NCBI GenBank assembly: GCA_964609255.1
Contig: CAZSSS010000001.1
Coordinates: 1 to 25,533, forward strand
DNA from: an uncultured Rhodobacterales bacterium
GTDB lineage: Bacteria; Pseudomonadota; Alphaproteobacteria; Rhodobacterales; Rhodobacteraceae
Direction of reading: 5' to 3'
DNA: 25,533 bases
Shown in pieces: positions 1 to 9,735 of the stretch. Numbering within the stretch: the first letter of the stretch is position 1; each line of letters begins with the position of its first letter. The translations under genes were made by a program, and so were the position numbers. The notes below the pieces were generated by a model. The model was given only the letters and a program-made list of their open reading frames with translations, did not search any database and had not been told where the DNA came from.

Positions 1-463
1 GCGCCAAAATCGCCTTAAAATGCGCCTCGGTCATACCGTTTCGTGCCAAAACCCGGGTTTTTTGCACATTCACGGGCGCAGTAACCACCAAGACTGCATC
101 AAGCCATTTTTCCGCGCTGGTTTCAAAAAGCAATGGGATATCCATTAAAACAAGCGATGCATCGGCGTTATTTACCAAAAACGCCGCGCGATGTGTCGCC
201 ACAAGAGGGTGAATGACTGCTTCGATTTTATCAAGCAATGTGGCGTCTTTTGCTATTTCACTGCGCAAAATTTCCCGGTCAACTATGCCGTTAACAATCG
301 CATTTGGCACCAGCGCGGCGATTGCTCCCACGCCCGTATCTGCATAAATCTGATGCACAGCAGCGTCAGCATCCCAAACCGGAATACCATCATCAGCGAA
401 AAACCCGGCAGTCGTAGATTTACCCATGCCAATGGATCCGGTAAGACCAAGCAAAAAGCTCAT
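1..463 (-). CDS. coaE: Dephospho-CoA kinase (5' part only; runs off the left edge)
   Basis: Not in the ORF track. Manual minus-strand translation from ATG 463 gives MSFLLGLTGSIGMGKSTTAGFFADDGIPVWDADAAVH (CoaE P-loop and DAD motif). ATGA overlap with the aroE stop at 460-462. Confidence 0.95.
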   Translation of the reverse strand, partial: MSFLLGLTGSIGMGKSTTAGFFADDGIPVWDADAAVHQIYADTGVGAIAALVPNAIVNGIVDREILRSEIAKDATLLDKIEAVIHPLVATHRAAFLVNNADASLVLMDIPLLFETSAEKWLDAVLVVTAPVNVQKTRVLARNGMTEAHFKAILA

Positions 464-1296
464 AACCCTAGAACAGCGTTTCTTAATCCGTCCGTAACCT
501 CTGGGCGCATCCCGAACCAGTTTTCAAACCCTGGAACCCCCTGATGCAACAGCATTCCCAGCCCGTCAACGGTTTGCAGCCCACGGCTACGGGCGGCTTT
601 CAAAAAGTCGGTTTCCAGCGGTGTATAAACAATATCGCTAACGATGGCAGTTAGGGGCGCAGAATCCAGTATAACCGGCAATTCCGGCTGGCCCGCCATA
701 CCCAACGAGGTTGTGTTAACAATGGTCAAAGCCCCATCCATCGCATCCGATGCTCGATTCCAGTCTATGACCTCAACTTTGGCACCAAATTGATCCGCCA
801 GCATTTCTGCGCGGCCCCGGGTTCGGTTGGTTAATCGTAACTCGGTTACGCCCTCGGACAGCAATGCCGAAACGATTGCCCGCGCCGCGCCGCCAGAACC
901 AAGCACCAAGGCAGGCCCATCATCCGCCCGCCAATCCGGCACATTTTGCCGCAAGTTTTGAATAAACCCGTATCCGTCGGTATTATCCGCGCTGATTGAA
1001 CCATCTTCTTTGAAGGTTAACGTGTTGGCCGCGCCAATCAGCGCTGCGCGATCCGTCGTAGTATCCGCAAGACCCAGCGCCGGAATTTTATGGGGTAATG
1101 TCACATTAACACCCTTGAACCCAAGCTTTATCAAGGAACGCAACCCGCCAACAAATTCTGCTTGTGACATCAATAACGGCACATAATAACCCTGAATGCC
1201 CAGCTCTCGCAGCCAATACCCGTGCAGAATCGGAGATTTGCTGTGGCTGATCGGAAAACCAATCACGCCAGCCAATGGTGGTGCGGTATCATTCAT
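460..1296 (-). CDS. aroE: Shikimate dehydrogenase (NADP+)
   Basis: Motifs GFPISHSKSP, NVTLPHK, GAANTL, DNTDGYGF, GSGGAARA, DGLGMLLHQG. Start is ATG 1296 or GTG 1299, overlapping the maf stop. Confidence 0.96.
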   Translation of the reverse strand: MNDTAPPLAGVIGFPISHSKSPILHGYWLRELGIQGYYVPLLMSQAEFVGGLRSLIKLGFKGVNVTLPHKIPALGLADTTTDRAALIGAANTLTFKEDGSISADNTDGYGFIQNLRQNVPDWRADDGPALVLGSGGAARAIVSALLSEGVTELRLTNRTRGRAEMLADQFGAKVEVIDWNRASDAMDGALTIVNTTSLGMAGQPELPVILDSAPLTAIVSDIVYTPLETDFLKAARSRGLQTVDGLGMLLHQGVPGFENWFGMRPEVTDGLRNAVLGL

Positions 1297-1888
1297 CACA
1301 ATAACCTTTTTGGCGTAATATCGCCAATAATTCCAAAAGTGGTAACCCTAATATACTAAAGTAATCGCCATTGATGGCAGAAAACAACTGCGCGCCAGCT
1401 TGTTCAATTTTATATCCACCAACTGTGGTAAACAGGTTGTCGCCATTCTGAGCGATGTATTTCTCAAGAAACCCATCCGAAAAATCCCGCATTGTCAGGG
1501 TTACACGGCCAATATATCGCCAAATCGGCGTGTTATTTTCAAATAAAACTGCCGCAGAATATAGATTATGCCGCTGATTACGCAGACTTATCAACTGGTT
1601 ACGTGCCTGAACCAGTGTTTCGGGTTTATCAAAAACCTTACCTTTAAAATCCAGAATTTGATCAGCGCCCAAAACCAGCCGCCCCGGGTTTTTCTGTGCA
1701 ATCCGGCGTGCTTTGGCCTCTGCCAATGCGTCCGCGATATCGCGCGGTTGCGCGCCTTCTGCCAATAACGCTATTTTGATAGCAGATTCATCAACCCGCG
1801 CGGGTTTGATTTCCAGATTAATACCAGCGTTTTGCAGCATATCAGCGCGAATAACTGACCCGGAGGCAAGAATTAACGGCTGAGTCAT
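1289..1888 (-). CDS. maf: Maf-family nucleoside triphosphate pyrophosphatase
   Basis: LILASGS..R, LAEAKA, VLGADQIL, GGYKIE and ILGLPL motifs. Start trimmed to ATG 1888 (GAGG RBS upstream); the ORF-track extension to 1945 runs into DnaA boxes. Confidence 0.92.
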   Translation of the reverse strand: MTQPLILASGSVIRADMLQNAGINLEIKPARVDESAIKIALLAEGAQPRDIADALAEAKARRIAQKNPGRLVLGADQILDFKGKVFDKPETLVQARNQLISLRNQRHNLYSAAVLFENNTPIWRYIGRVTLTMRDFSDGFLEKYIAQNGDNLFTTVGGYKIEQAGAQLFSAINGDYFSILGLPLLELLAILRQKGYCDE

Positions 1889-1921
1889 TGGAACCTCTTG
1901 TGTTGTGCTATGTGTAAACTT

Positions 1922-1930
1922 TGTGGATAA
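1922..1930 (-). promoter_or_regulatory. DnaA box (perfect TTATCCACA)
   Basis: TGTGGATAA on the + strand. Preceded by TGTGTAAAC (1911-1919) and followed by the inverted box TTACCCACT (1938-1946). Confidence 0.85.
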
Positions 1931-2040
1931 CTGACAGTTACCCACTGCAAAATTGTGTTGGGTGAACTTTACTCAAAAAGTTCCATGGAACATACCGGCA
2001 CTATGCACAGTTAACAGATTTATATTGGAAATTTCAATTC

Positions 2041-2049
2041 TGTGGATAA
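2041..2049 (-). promoter_or_regulatory. DnaA box (perfect TTATCCACA)
   Basis: TGTGGATAA on the + strand inside the maf-hemE intergenic region. Confidence 0.85.
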
Positions 2050-2116
2050 ACCGGTATTCCCTTTGCTTGTTGCTTTGTCACGCAGGATAATTCTGTTGAG
2101 AACTTTTAAATCACGG

Positions 2117-2177
2117 TAATCCACATTATTCAAATACCCCTATTACAATCACTACTTTTCTTAAATATATTATTTAA
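2117..2177 (+). promoter_or_regulatory. Origin unwinding module: tandem DnaA boxes, C-run, DnaA-trio-like repeats and AT-rich tract
   Basis: TAATCCACA (2117-2125) abuts TTATTCAAA (2126-2134), then TACCC, then CTA TTA CAA TCA CTA CTT (2140-2157), then TTCTTAAATATATTATTTAA. Confidence 0.65.
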
Positions 2178-2193
2178 GAGTAGGGAGAACTAA

Positions 2194-3222
2194 ATGTCTG
2201 ATAAAAATCTATTGCGCGTGCTTGCTGGGGAAACTTTAAAGACGCCTCCGGTTTGGGTTATGCGCCAAGCAGGGCGATATTTACCTGAATATCGTGCGCT
2301 GCGCGAAACGGCAGGTGGGTTTCTGGACCTTTGCTATAACCCTGATTTTGCCACCGAGGTTACCTTACAACCAATCAGGCGGTTTGGTTTTGATGCTGCG
2401 ATTTTATTTGCCGATATTTTATTAATCCCGCAGGCTTTGGGAATGAAGCTGTGGTTTGAAACAGGCGAAGGCCCTCGATTAGACCCTGTAACAAATATGG
2501 CTGAGATTATTAATCTTAAGCCCATTGAAGATATTCATAAAACCTTAAATCCGATCTATGAGACGGTTGGACGGCTTTCGGAGGAACTCCCCAAAGAAAC
2601 GACGCTTATCGGCTTTGCCGGGGCACCCTGGACCGTGGCCACGTATATGGTGGCAGGTCGGGGCACCCCTGATCAAGGGCCAGCGCGAAAATTGATGTAT
2701 GAGGATCCGATAGCATTTTCAAAATTGATCGATATTATTACCGATGCAACAATTGAATATCTGGCGCGTCAAGTAAAAGCCGGCGCAGAAGTGGTGAAAC
2801 TTTTTGATAGCTGGTCGGGCGCGCTTGGTGGGTCTTGTTTTGAAAAATATGCTTTAAAACCAGCCATTAGAATTGCAACTGAATTAAAACGGCGTTTTCC
2901 AGGCCTGCCAGTAATTGGTTTTCCAAGGGGGTCCGGTGGTGGATATATCCAGTTTGCCGATGCCGGTTGTTTTGATGCACTGGCATTAGATACGTCAATT
3001 CCGGCAGCATGGGCGCGGGATAATCTGCAAGCAAAAGTTGCCGTGCAGGGTAATCTGGACCCAATGCATATGGTGACAGGCAGCGATATGCTGGTATCTG
3101 AAACCCAACGATTATTGGATATTTTGGGTGGTGGACGTTATATTTTCAATTTAGGCCACGGCATAACCCCGCAAGGCGACCCAAAGAACCTTGAAAAAAT
3201 GCTGAAGGTTATTCGTGGATGA
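2194..3222 (+). CDS. hemE: Uroporphyrinogen decarboxylase
   Basis: [43 protein letters not shown] and IFNLGHGI motifs. GGAG RBS. Confidence 0.97.
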   Translation: MSDKNLLRVLAGETLKTPPVWVMRQAGRYLPEYRALRETAGGFLDLCYNPDFATEVTLQPIRRFGFDAAILFADILLIPQALGMKLWFETGEGPRLDPVTNMAEIINLKPIEDIHKTLNPIYETVGRLSEELPKETTLIGFAGAPWTVATYMVAGRGTPDQGPARKLMYEDPIAFSKLIDIITDATIEYLARQVKAGAEVVKLFDSWSGALGGSCFEKYALKPAIRIATELKRRFPGLPVIGFPRGSGGGYIQFADAGCFDALALDTSIPAAWARDNLQAKVAVQGNLDPMHMVTGSDMLVSETQRLLDILGGGRYIFNLGHGITPQGDPKNLEKMLKVIRG

Positions 3223-3674
3223 TACAGAATTTTCTGGTTGATTGGCAGTTTTGGATAAAATCCCTGCATGTGATTTCAGTAATAAGCTGGATGGCAGGGA
3301 TGCTATATTTGCCGCGCCTGTTTGTGTATCACGTTGAAAAAGCCCCGATTGGTTCAGAAATGTCTGAGACATTCAAGATTATGGAACGACGATTGCTGCG
3401 TGCCATTATTAACCCGGCGATGATTGCCACATGGATTTTTGGTCTGTGTCTGGTGTTTACCCCCGGTATCATTGACTGGTCACAGGGTTGGCCATGGGTT
3501 AAGGCCCTCAGTGTTTTGCTGATGTCTGGTTTTCATGGTTGGCTGTCAACACGGCGCAAAGATTTCGCGCGGGATAAAAACACCCGTTCTAGCCGGACCT
3601 ATCGGCTGGCGAATGAAATTCCCACGGTGTTGATGCTTGTGGTTGTGATTATGGTGATTGTTAAACCGTTCTAA
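3219..3674 (+). CDS. hemJ: Protoporphyrinogen IX oxidase HemJ (membrane protein)
   Basis: [44 protein letters not shown] and VIVKPF motifs. ATGA overlap with hemE. Confidence 0.95.
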   Translation: MIQNFLVDWQFWIKSLHVISVISWMAGMLYLPRLFVYHVEKAPIGSEMSETFKIMERRLLRAIINPAMIATWIFGLCLVFTPGIIDWSQGWPWVKALSVLLMSGFHGWLSTRRKDFARDKNTRSSRTYRLANEIPTVLMLVVVIMVIVKPF

Positions 3675-3703
3675 TTTGACTCCCTTACCAAATTTCCGTA
3701 TCT
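3675..3703 (+). promoter_or_regulatory. Candidate sigma70 promoter for rho
   Basis: TTTGAC (3675-3680), 17-nt spacer, GTATCT (3698-3703), resembling the alphaproteobacterial CTTGAC-N17-CTATAT consensus. Confidence 0.5.
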
Positions 3704-3789
3704 AATGCCGCAAGCAGGGCTGTTCTGGCCTAGATACGCTTTTTCCAAACACAAAAAACAGGGCTTTTGGCCCAATTGCGAGTATTTTA

Positions 3790-5073
3790 ATGGATGATTT
3801 ATCCCAAATCGAACACCTGTCTTTAGCTGAGCTGAAGGCTAAAAAAGCCTCTGACATCTTGAAAATAGCGGAAGAGCTGGAAATTGAGAATGCGTCCACC
3901 ATGCGCAAAGGCGACATGATGTTTGCGGTGCTTAAGGAAATGGCCGAAGAAGGTGTGGCGATTTCGGGTGATGGCGTGCTTGAAGTGCTGCAAGACGGGT
4001 TCGGGTTTTTACGGTCACCGGAGGCGAATTATTTGTCGGGGCCGGATGATATTTATGTGTCCCCCGAGCAGATCAAAAAATACAGCCTGCGCACTGGCGA
4101 TACTGTGGATGGCCCAATTCAGGTGCCTCAAGAAGGCGAAAAATACTTTGGATTAACGGGCGTAACACTGATTAATTTTTGTGATCCGGACGAAGCACAA
4201 CACAAAATCCATTTTGATAATTTAACCCCGCTTTATCCTGATGAACGGTTTAAATTGGAAATCGAAGATCCAACCATCAAAGACAAAACCTGCCGGATGA
4301 TTGACCTTGTGGCCCCCATTGGCAAAGGCCAGCGCGGGTTGATCGTGGCACCGCCGCGCACCGGTAAGACTATGATTTTGCAGAATATTGCTAAATCTAT
4401 TGCAATCAACCATCCGGAATGTTTCCTGATCGTTTTGCTGGTTGATGAGCGCCCGGAAGAAGTTACAGACATGCAGCGGTCGGTTAAGGGCGAGGTGGTT
4501 TCCTCCACCTTTGACGAACCTGCCACCCGCCACGTGGCTGTTGCCGAAATGGTTATCGAAAAAGCAAAACGGCTGGTTGAACATAAACGCGATGTGGTCA
4601 TTTTGCTGGATTCCATCACCCGTCTTGGTCGCGCCTTTAATACTGTGGTTCCCTCCTCGGGCAAGGTGCTGACAGGTGGTGTTGATGCCAACGCATTGCA
4701 ACGCCCGAAACGGTTTTTCGGGGCCGCGCGGAAAATTGAGGAAGGCGGGTCGTTGACCATTATCGCCACCGCCTTGATCGATACGGGCAGCCGCATGGAC
4801 GAAGTGATTTTTGAGGAATTCAAAGGCACCGGTAACTCTGAAATTGTGCTGGATCGCAAGATTTCGGATAAGCGGGTTTATCCGGCGATTGATATTTTGA
4901 AATCGGGCACCCGAAAAGAAGAACTGCTGGTAAGCAAAGCCGATTTGACCAAGATGTTTGTGCTGCGACGCATTTTGAACCCGATGGGCACGGTTGATGC
5001 TGTGGAATTCTTGCTTGGCAAAATGAAGCAAACCAAAACCAATTCCGATTTCTTTGATTCAATGAATACCTGA
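3790..5073 (+). CDS. rho: Transcription termination factor Rho
   Basis: [54 protein letters not shown] and [10 protein letters not shown] motifs. Confidence 0.99.
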   Translation: MDDLSQIEHLSLAELKAKKASDILKIAEELEIENASTMRKGDMMFAVLKEMAEEGVAISGDGVLEVLQDGFGFLRSPEANYLSGPDDIYVSPEQIKKYSLRTGDTVDGPIQVPQEGEKYFGLTGVTLINFCDPDEAQHKIHFDNLTPLYPDERFKLEIEDPTIKDKTCRMIDLVAPIGKGQRGLIVAPPRTGKTMILQNIAKSIAINHPECFLIVLLVDERPEEVTDMQRSVKGEVVSSTFDEPATRHVAVAEMVIEKAKRLVEHKRDVVILLDSITRLGRAFNTVVPSSGKVLTGGVDANALQRPKRFFGAARKIEEGGSLTIIATALIDTGSRMDEVIFEEFKGTGNSEIVLDRKISDKRVYPAIDILKSGTRKEELLVSKADLTKMFVLRRILNPMGTVDAVEFLLGKMKQTKTNSDFFDSMNT

Positions 5074-5101
5074 CGCAAAAGCGTTCATTTCCGAGGTATA
5101 A

Positions 5102-6403
5102 ATGGATAATCTAGACACAATCTATGCGCTGGCAAGCGCACGGGGTCGCGCCGGTGTTGCGATCATTCGTGTGTCTGGCCCCGGGGCTTTTGGGTGTTGT
5201 ATCAGTTTGGCAGGGTCGGTTCCCCCCATACGGCATGCTCAATTATCGTTGTTAACACATAAGGGCCAGATGCTGGATCAGGCATTGGTTTTGGCATTTC
5301 AAAAAGGCGCGAGCTTTACCGGCGAGGACGTGGTGGAGTTTCATCTGCACGGCGGCAAAGCGGTTATTGACGGTGTTTTGCGCAGTTTATCGGAATTTCC
5401 GGGGTTGCGCATGGCTGAAGCTGGCGAATTTACCCGTCGGGCGTTGGAAAACGATTGTCTGGATTTGGCACAAGTCGAGGGTCTTTCAGACTTGATAGAG
5501 GCGGAAACAGAGGCACAGCGCCAGCAGGCGTTTCGGGTGCTGCAAGGTGTTGTGGGTGAAAAGGCGAATATTTGGCGTGCTGATCTGTTGCGTGCTGCGG
5601 CGCTGCTGGAAGCCACAATTGATTTTGTTGATGAAGATGTGCCGGTTGATGTCTTTCCCGAGGTTAAACACCTGATTGACAGAACATATGCCGCGCTTTC
5701 GCAAGAGATCGACGGGAGCTTTATATCTGAAAAAATACGGGACGGGTTTGAAGTTGCCATTGTTGGACCACCAAATATCGGGAAGTCAACGTTACTGAAC
5801 ACCATATCTGGTAGGGACGCTGCAATAATATCAAATATTGCCGGGACAACCAGAGACGTTATTGAGGTGCAGACGGACCTTAACGGGCTGTCTGTAACTT
5901 TTCTGGATATGGCCGGTATTCGCGAGAGCGTGGACGAGATTGAAAGCATTGGTGTTGAGCGGGCGATGTTTCGTGCGGGCAATGCCGATATTCGTTTATT
6001 TATTATTTCTGATAAATCCGATCTTGATACTATGAATGTTCCTGTCCAAAAGGACGATATTGTTGTTTGTGGCAAAGGCGACATTCAGTCCTGTGAATCA
6101 CGGTCTATTTCCGGCAAATCCGGCGCGGGTATTGATGGTGTTATGCGGGAAATTTCAAACACGCTTACTGAATGGGCTGGCAATGCTGGCAGTTTTACGC
6201 GTGAACGGCATCGAATCGCTATGGAAAATGCGGTTAGTGGACTAATATCCGCGTCAGAGATGATTTCGGAAGAATCGTTATTGCCGGAATTGCTGGCAGA
6301 TGAATTAAGATTGGCTGTTCGCGCATTGGATAGCTTGATTGGTCGTGTTGATGTTGAACACATCTTGGGAGAGATTTTCTCAAGTTTTTGTATCGGGAAG
6401 TAG
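5102..6403 (+). CDS. mnmE: tRNA uridine-5-carboxymethylaminomethyl(34) synthesis GTPase
   Basis: [48 protein letters not shown] motifs and the C-terminal FSSFCIGK. Confidence 0.97.
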   Translation: MDNLDTIYALASARGRAGVAIIRVSGPGAFGCCISLAGSVPPIRHAQLSLLTHKGQMLDQALVLAFQKGASFTGEDVVEFHLHGGKAVIDGVLRSLSEFPGLRMAEAGEFTRRALENDCLDLAQVEGLSDLIEAETEAQRQQAFRVLQGVVGEKANIWRADLLRAAALLEATIDFVDEDVPVDVFPEVKHLIDRTYAALSQEIDGSFISEKIRDGFEVAIVGPPNIGKSTLLNTISGRDAAIISNIAGTTRDVIEVQTDLNGLSVTFLDMAGIRESVDEIESIGVERAMFRAGNADIRLFIISDKSDLDTMNVPVQKDDIVVCGKGDIQSCESRSISGKSGAGIDGVMREISNTLTEWAGNAGSFTRERHRIAMENAVSGLISASEMISEESLLPELLADELRLAVRALDSLIGRVDVEHILGEIFSSFCIGK

Positions 6404-6406
6404 GAT

Positions 6407-6422
6407 TGTTTCACGTGAAACA
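6407..6422. promoter_or_regulatory. parS site 1 (perfect 16-bp palindrome)
   Basis: TGTTTCACGTGAAACA matches the universal parS consensus and overlaps the probable mnmG GTG start codon. Confidence 0.93.
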
Positions 6423-8277
6423 TTTTGATGTTATTGTGATTGGCGGGGGCCATGCGGGTGCTGAGGCAGCACAAGCCGCTGTTCGAGTAGGTGCGAAAAC
6501 CGCTCTTATCACGCATGAGTTCGCCAAAATTGGTGAAATGTCTTGTAACCCTGCGATTGGCGGGCTTGGAAAGGGCCATTTAGTTCGTGAAATCGATGCT
6601 TTAGATGGGGTAATGGGGCGCGTTGCAGATCAGGCGGGGATTCAGTTTCGATTGCTTAATCGACGAAAAGGCCCAGCAGTTCAGGGGCCGCGAACCCAGG
6701 CAGACCGTATTTTATACCGAATTGCCATGCAGGAGGAGTTTCGGAACAAGCCGAACCTTACCGTTATTGAAGCCGAAGTCGTGGATTTCAAATTTAATGG
6801 CGGGGAAATTGGCGGTGTTATCCTAAAGGATCAATCGGAGATTTTAGCCGGCGCAGTTGTGTTGACCTCGGGCACTTTTCTGCGCGGTGTTATACATATC
6901 GGCGATCAGTCCAGTCAGGGGGGGCGTCTTGGCGATAAACCATCAATTCCGCTGGCTGAGCGGATCGATGCGTTTGGCTTACCATTGGGGCGTCTTAAGA
7001 CAGGCACGCCGCCGCGATTGAACGGTAAAACCATCAATTGGAAGAACTTAGAGATGCAGGAAGCGGACATTGATCCGGTGAAATTCTCATTTATTCCCAG
7101 TAAGATAACACAAAAACAAGTTGCCTGTGGAATCACCTTTACGAATGAAAAAACTCATGAAATCATCAGAAAAAACCTTCAGCGCTCTGCTATGTATGGT
7201 GGCCAAATTGACGGTGTCGGCCCGCGCTATTGCCCATCGATAGAGGACAAAGTTGTGCGTTTTGCTGACAAAACCGCGCATCAGATATTTCTGGAACCAG
7301 AGGGGTTAACGACCGATACCATCTATCCAAACGGCATTTCGACATCTTTGCCAATTGACGTGCAAACAGAATATGTCCGCTCCATTGCGGGGCTGGAAAA
7401 TGTAGAAATCGAACAGCCCGGTTATGCAATTGAATATGATTACGTTGATCCGCGTGCACTGAACCATTGCCTTGAAATCAAAGACATACCCGGCCTGTTT
7501 TTAGCAGGCCAAATCAACGGCACAACAGGTTATGAGGAAGCCGCTGCACAGGGTTTGGCCGCCGGATTGAACGCGGCCGCCAAGGTTCTTGGGCGCAGCA
7601 AAGTGGTTTTTGATCGTGCAACTGCGTATATCGGGGTGATGATCGATGATCTGGTAACCCGAGGCGTTAGCGAACCGTATCGCATGTTTACCTCTCGTGC
7701 AGAATACCGTCTTTCACTGCGGGCTGATAATGCCGACCAACGGTTGACCCCCTTGGGAATTGATATCGGGTGTGTTTCGCCGCATAGGCAAAGTATTTTT
7801 GAACAAAAGTGCCAATCTATTGAAGTTGCACGGGAAATTTACCAGAATCTTAAGATTAATTCGAGCAAAGCCGCGGGTTTTGGTATTGTTGTTAATCAGG
7901 ATGGGCGTCAACGTTCAGCGCTGACACTGCTTAGCTATCCAAAGATCACTGCGGATAAACTAATGGAAATTTGGCCGGAAACTTCGGTAATTGACAAGGG
8001 AATTCGCAGGCAGATTGAATGCGATGCAAAATATGCGACATATATTGAGCGGCAACAAAAGGACATTGAAAAGCTACGGCGGGATGCGGCGCAAATAATT
8101 CCTGTGGGGTTTGATTATTCCGGTATTTCTGGCCTGTCAAATGAGCTAAAAGAGAAATTGGAGAAAATCCGCCCCGATGATTTAGGCCATGCCGGCAGAA
8201 TTGATGGGATGACACCAGCCGCCCTGACCCTTATTTTGGCCAATATTCGTAAAACAACTCGGCGACGGTCGGCGTGA
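6415..8277 (+). CDS. mnmG: tRNA uridine-5-carboxymethylaminomethyl(34) synthesis enzyme (GidA)
   Basis: [65 protein letters not shown] and [12 protein letters not shown] motifs. Start set at GTG 6415 (AGGA 9 nt upstream); TTG 6406 and TTG 6388 are alternatives. Confidence 0.97.
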   Translation: MKHFDVIVIGGGHAGAEAAQAAVRVGAKTALITHEFAKIGEMSCNPAIGGLGKGHLVREIDALDGVMGRVADQAGIQFRLLNRRKGPAVQGPRTQADRILYRIAMQEEFRNKPNLTVIEAEVVDFKFNGGEIGGVILKDQSEILAGAVVLTSGTFLRGVIHIGDQSSQGGRLGDKPSIPLAERIDAFGLPLGRLKTGTPPRLNGKTINWKNLEMQEADIDPVKFSFIPSKITQKQVACGITFTNEKTHEIIRKNLQRSAMYGGQIDGVGPRYCPSIEDKVVRFADKTAHQIFLEPEGLTTDTIYPNGISTSLPIDVQTEYVRSIAGLENVEIEQPGYAIEYDYVDPRALNHCLEIKDIPGLFLAGQINGTTGYEEAAAQGLAAGLNAAAKVLGRSKVVFDRATAYIGVMIDDLVTRGVSEPYRMFTSRAEYRLSLRADNADQRLTPLGIDIGCVSPHRQSIFEQKCQSIEVAREIYQNLKINSSKAAGFGIVVNQDGRQRSALTLLSYPKITADKLMEIWPETSVIDKGIRRQIECDAKYATYIERQQKDIEKLRRDAAQIIPVGFDYSGISGLSNELKEKLEKIRPDDLGHAGRIDGMTPAALTLILANIRKTTRRRSA

Positions 8278-8915
8278 TGACCTTGATTTCAAAAGATTCT
8301 GATCAATTTTGCCATCTATTTGATGTTCCACGTGAAACAATAGAAAAGCTGTCTTTGTTTGAAATCCTGTTAACTAAATGGAATAAAACGATAAATTTGG
8401 TTGCGCCGTCAACTATTCCAAACATTTGGCACCGGCATTTTATTGATTCAGCGCAACTTTTTGCGCATAAGCCAGCAACTGCACATACATGGTTGGACAT
8501 CGGTTCTGGCGCAGGTTTTCCGGCGGTTGTCTTGGCGATTCTATCACAAAACACGGAAAACCCCGTTGAATTCACGTTGGTTGAAAGTGATCAGCGAAAA
8601 TGTGCATTTTTAATGACAGTTTCAAATGAATTAGGGCTGGAATTAACAATTTTACCGGAACGAGTGGAAAGCCTGCCCGCACAGAAATATGACGTAATAT
8701 CCGCACGAGCCGTTGCTTCGGTTGAAAAACTATTGGAAATGTCTGAGCGGTTTGTTGAGCAAAACACGATTTGTTTCTTTCCTAAGGGTGCAAAATACGA
8801 ATCTGAATTGACCGAGGCACGTAAAATTTGGCATATAGAATGCAACCAATTAAAAAGCCTGACCGATGCCAATGCGGTCATTCTTTGCATCGAAAGTTTT
8901 GCGCGTGTCAAATAA
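8274..8915 (+). CDS. rsmG: 16S rRNA m7G527 methyltransferase (GidB)
   Basis: [49 protein letters not shown] and FPKG motifs. Start GTG 8274 or ATG 8277 overlaps the mnmG stop. Confidence 0.96.
   Translation: MMTLISKDSDQFCHLFDVPRETIEKLSLFEILLTKWNKTINLVAPSTIPNIWHRHFIDSAQLFAHKPATAHTWLDIGSGAGFPAVVLAILSQNTENPVEFTLVESDQRKCAFLMTVSNELGLELTILPERVESLPAQKYDVISARAVASVEKLLEMSERFVEQNTICFFPKGAKYESELTEARKIWHIECNQLKSLTDANAVILCIESFARVK
8324..8339. promoter_or_regulatory. parS site 2
   Basis: TGTTCCACGTGAAACA fits TGTTNCACGTGAAACA and encodes DVPRET inside rsmG. Confidence 0.88.
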
Positions 8916-9720
8916 TCCTACCAAGCCGCTTAAACAACAGGTCATTGCCGTTTCCAACCAAAAAGGCGGTGTTGGTAAAACAACGACGGCTATTAATTTG
9001 GGAACAGCGCTTGCGGCTATCGGGCGTAAGGTATTGATATTAGACCTTGATTCTCAAGGTAACGCATCAACCGGCTTGGGTGTTTTTCAAAACCAGCGGA
9101 ATGTCACAACCTATGATTTGCTATTGGGCGATGCGGATCTTACGGATGTTAGCCAAGAATCGCCGGTGCCCGGGTTGTTTGTGGCGCCTTCCACGGTCGA
9201 TCTCAGCTCAGCTGATGTTGATCTGGTTGATGATCGAAACCGTGTTTTGCGGCTACGTGAAGCGCTAACATCTGAGGCCGCTAAAAAATGCGCTTATGAT
9301 TATGTGCTTATCGACTGTCCGCCCTCATTGAATTTGTTAACTGTCAACGCGATGGTTGCTGCCAATTCGGTTTTGGTGCCGCTTCAATGCGAGTTTTTTG
9401 CGCTTGAGGGCCTATCGCAACTTATGATGACAATTCGCGAAGTGCGCCAAACGCTTAATCCCGGGCTGGAAATTCAAGGCGTTGTTTTGACAATGTATGA
9501 TGGCCGGAACAACCTGTCGCGGCAGGTTGAGGAGGATGTGCGCCAAAATCTTGGTGAACTGGTTTTTGAGACAACAATCCCGCGAAATATCCGTCTTTCC
9601 GAGGCACCATCACATTCAATTCCCGCGCTTATTTATGACCATAAAAGTTCTGGCGCGATCGCCTATCAGAAATTGGCAGGGGAATTATTACGCCGTGTTA
9701 ATGATCCAATTATTGCCTAA
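8905..9720 (+). CDS. parA: Chromosome partitioning ATPase ParA/Soj
   Basis: NQKGGVGKTTT deviant Walker A, DLDSQGNAS, YVLIDCPPSL, QCEFFALEGL and IPRNIRLSEAPS motifs. Start trimmed to GTG 8905, overlapping the end of rsmG. Confidence 0.96.
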   Translation: MSNNPTKPLKQQVIAVSNQKGGVGKTTTAINLGTALAAIGRKVLILDLDSQGNASTGLGVFQNQRNVTTYDLLLGDADLTDVSQESPVPGLFVAPSTVDLSSADVDLVDDRNRVLRLREALTSEAAKKCAYDYVLIDCPPSLNLLTVNAMVAANSVLVPLQCEFFALEGLSQLMMTIREVRQTLNPGLEIQGVVLTMYDGRNNLSRQVEEDVRQNLGELVFETTIPRNIRLSEAPSHSIPALIYDHKSSGAIAYQKLAGELLRRVNDPIIA

Positions 9721-9735
9721 ACCCGAGGTATCAAA

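Larger units (their letters stand above)
1889..2193. other. Chromosomal replication origin (oriC)
   Basis: Gene-free 305-bp interval between divergent maf and hemE. Perfect DnaA boxes TGTGGATAA at 1922-1930 and 2041-2049. One-mismatch boxes at 1911-1919, 2001-2009, 2117-2125 and 2126-2134; two-mismatch box at 1938-1946. AT-rich tract ~2156-2177. mnmE-mnmG-rsmG-parAB and parS are nearby, and hemE adjacency is typical of alphaproteobacterial origins. Confidence 0.88.

Noticed and set aside
1889-1945. N-terminal extensions in the ORF track (maf to 1945, mnmG to 6388, parA to 8866, acd to 17665, rid to 21752, rph to 23126)
   Set aside because: Downstream starts have better RBS or ATGA coupling and match family N-termini. 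The extensions run into oriC, promoters or neighbouring genes.
2106-2177. Possible CtrA boxes in oriC
   Set aside because: The best candidates are TTAA-N7-TAAT (2106-2120) and TTAA-N9-TTAA (2161-2177). Neither fits TTAA-N7-TTAA well, and such matches are expected by chance in AT-rich DNA.
1889-2193. Absence of GANTC (CcrM) sites from the origin interval
   Set aside because: Only about one site is expected by chance in 305 bp, so the absence is uninformative.
3325-3340. parS-like TGTATCACGTTGAAAA in hemJ, and GGTTCAGCGTGAACC in TAXI (14381-14395)
   Set aside because: The first has four mismatches and the second has wrong spacing relative to the parS consensus.
4222-5031. Long antisense ORFs over rho (269 and 208 aa); similar ones over mnmE (5341-6084, 247 aa), acd (16712-17632, 306 aa), TAXI and the ThDP gene
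   Set aside because: They lie fully opposite or within well-conserved genes and have no recognisable motifs or RBS. Codon bias of the real gene explains them.
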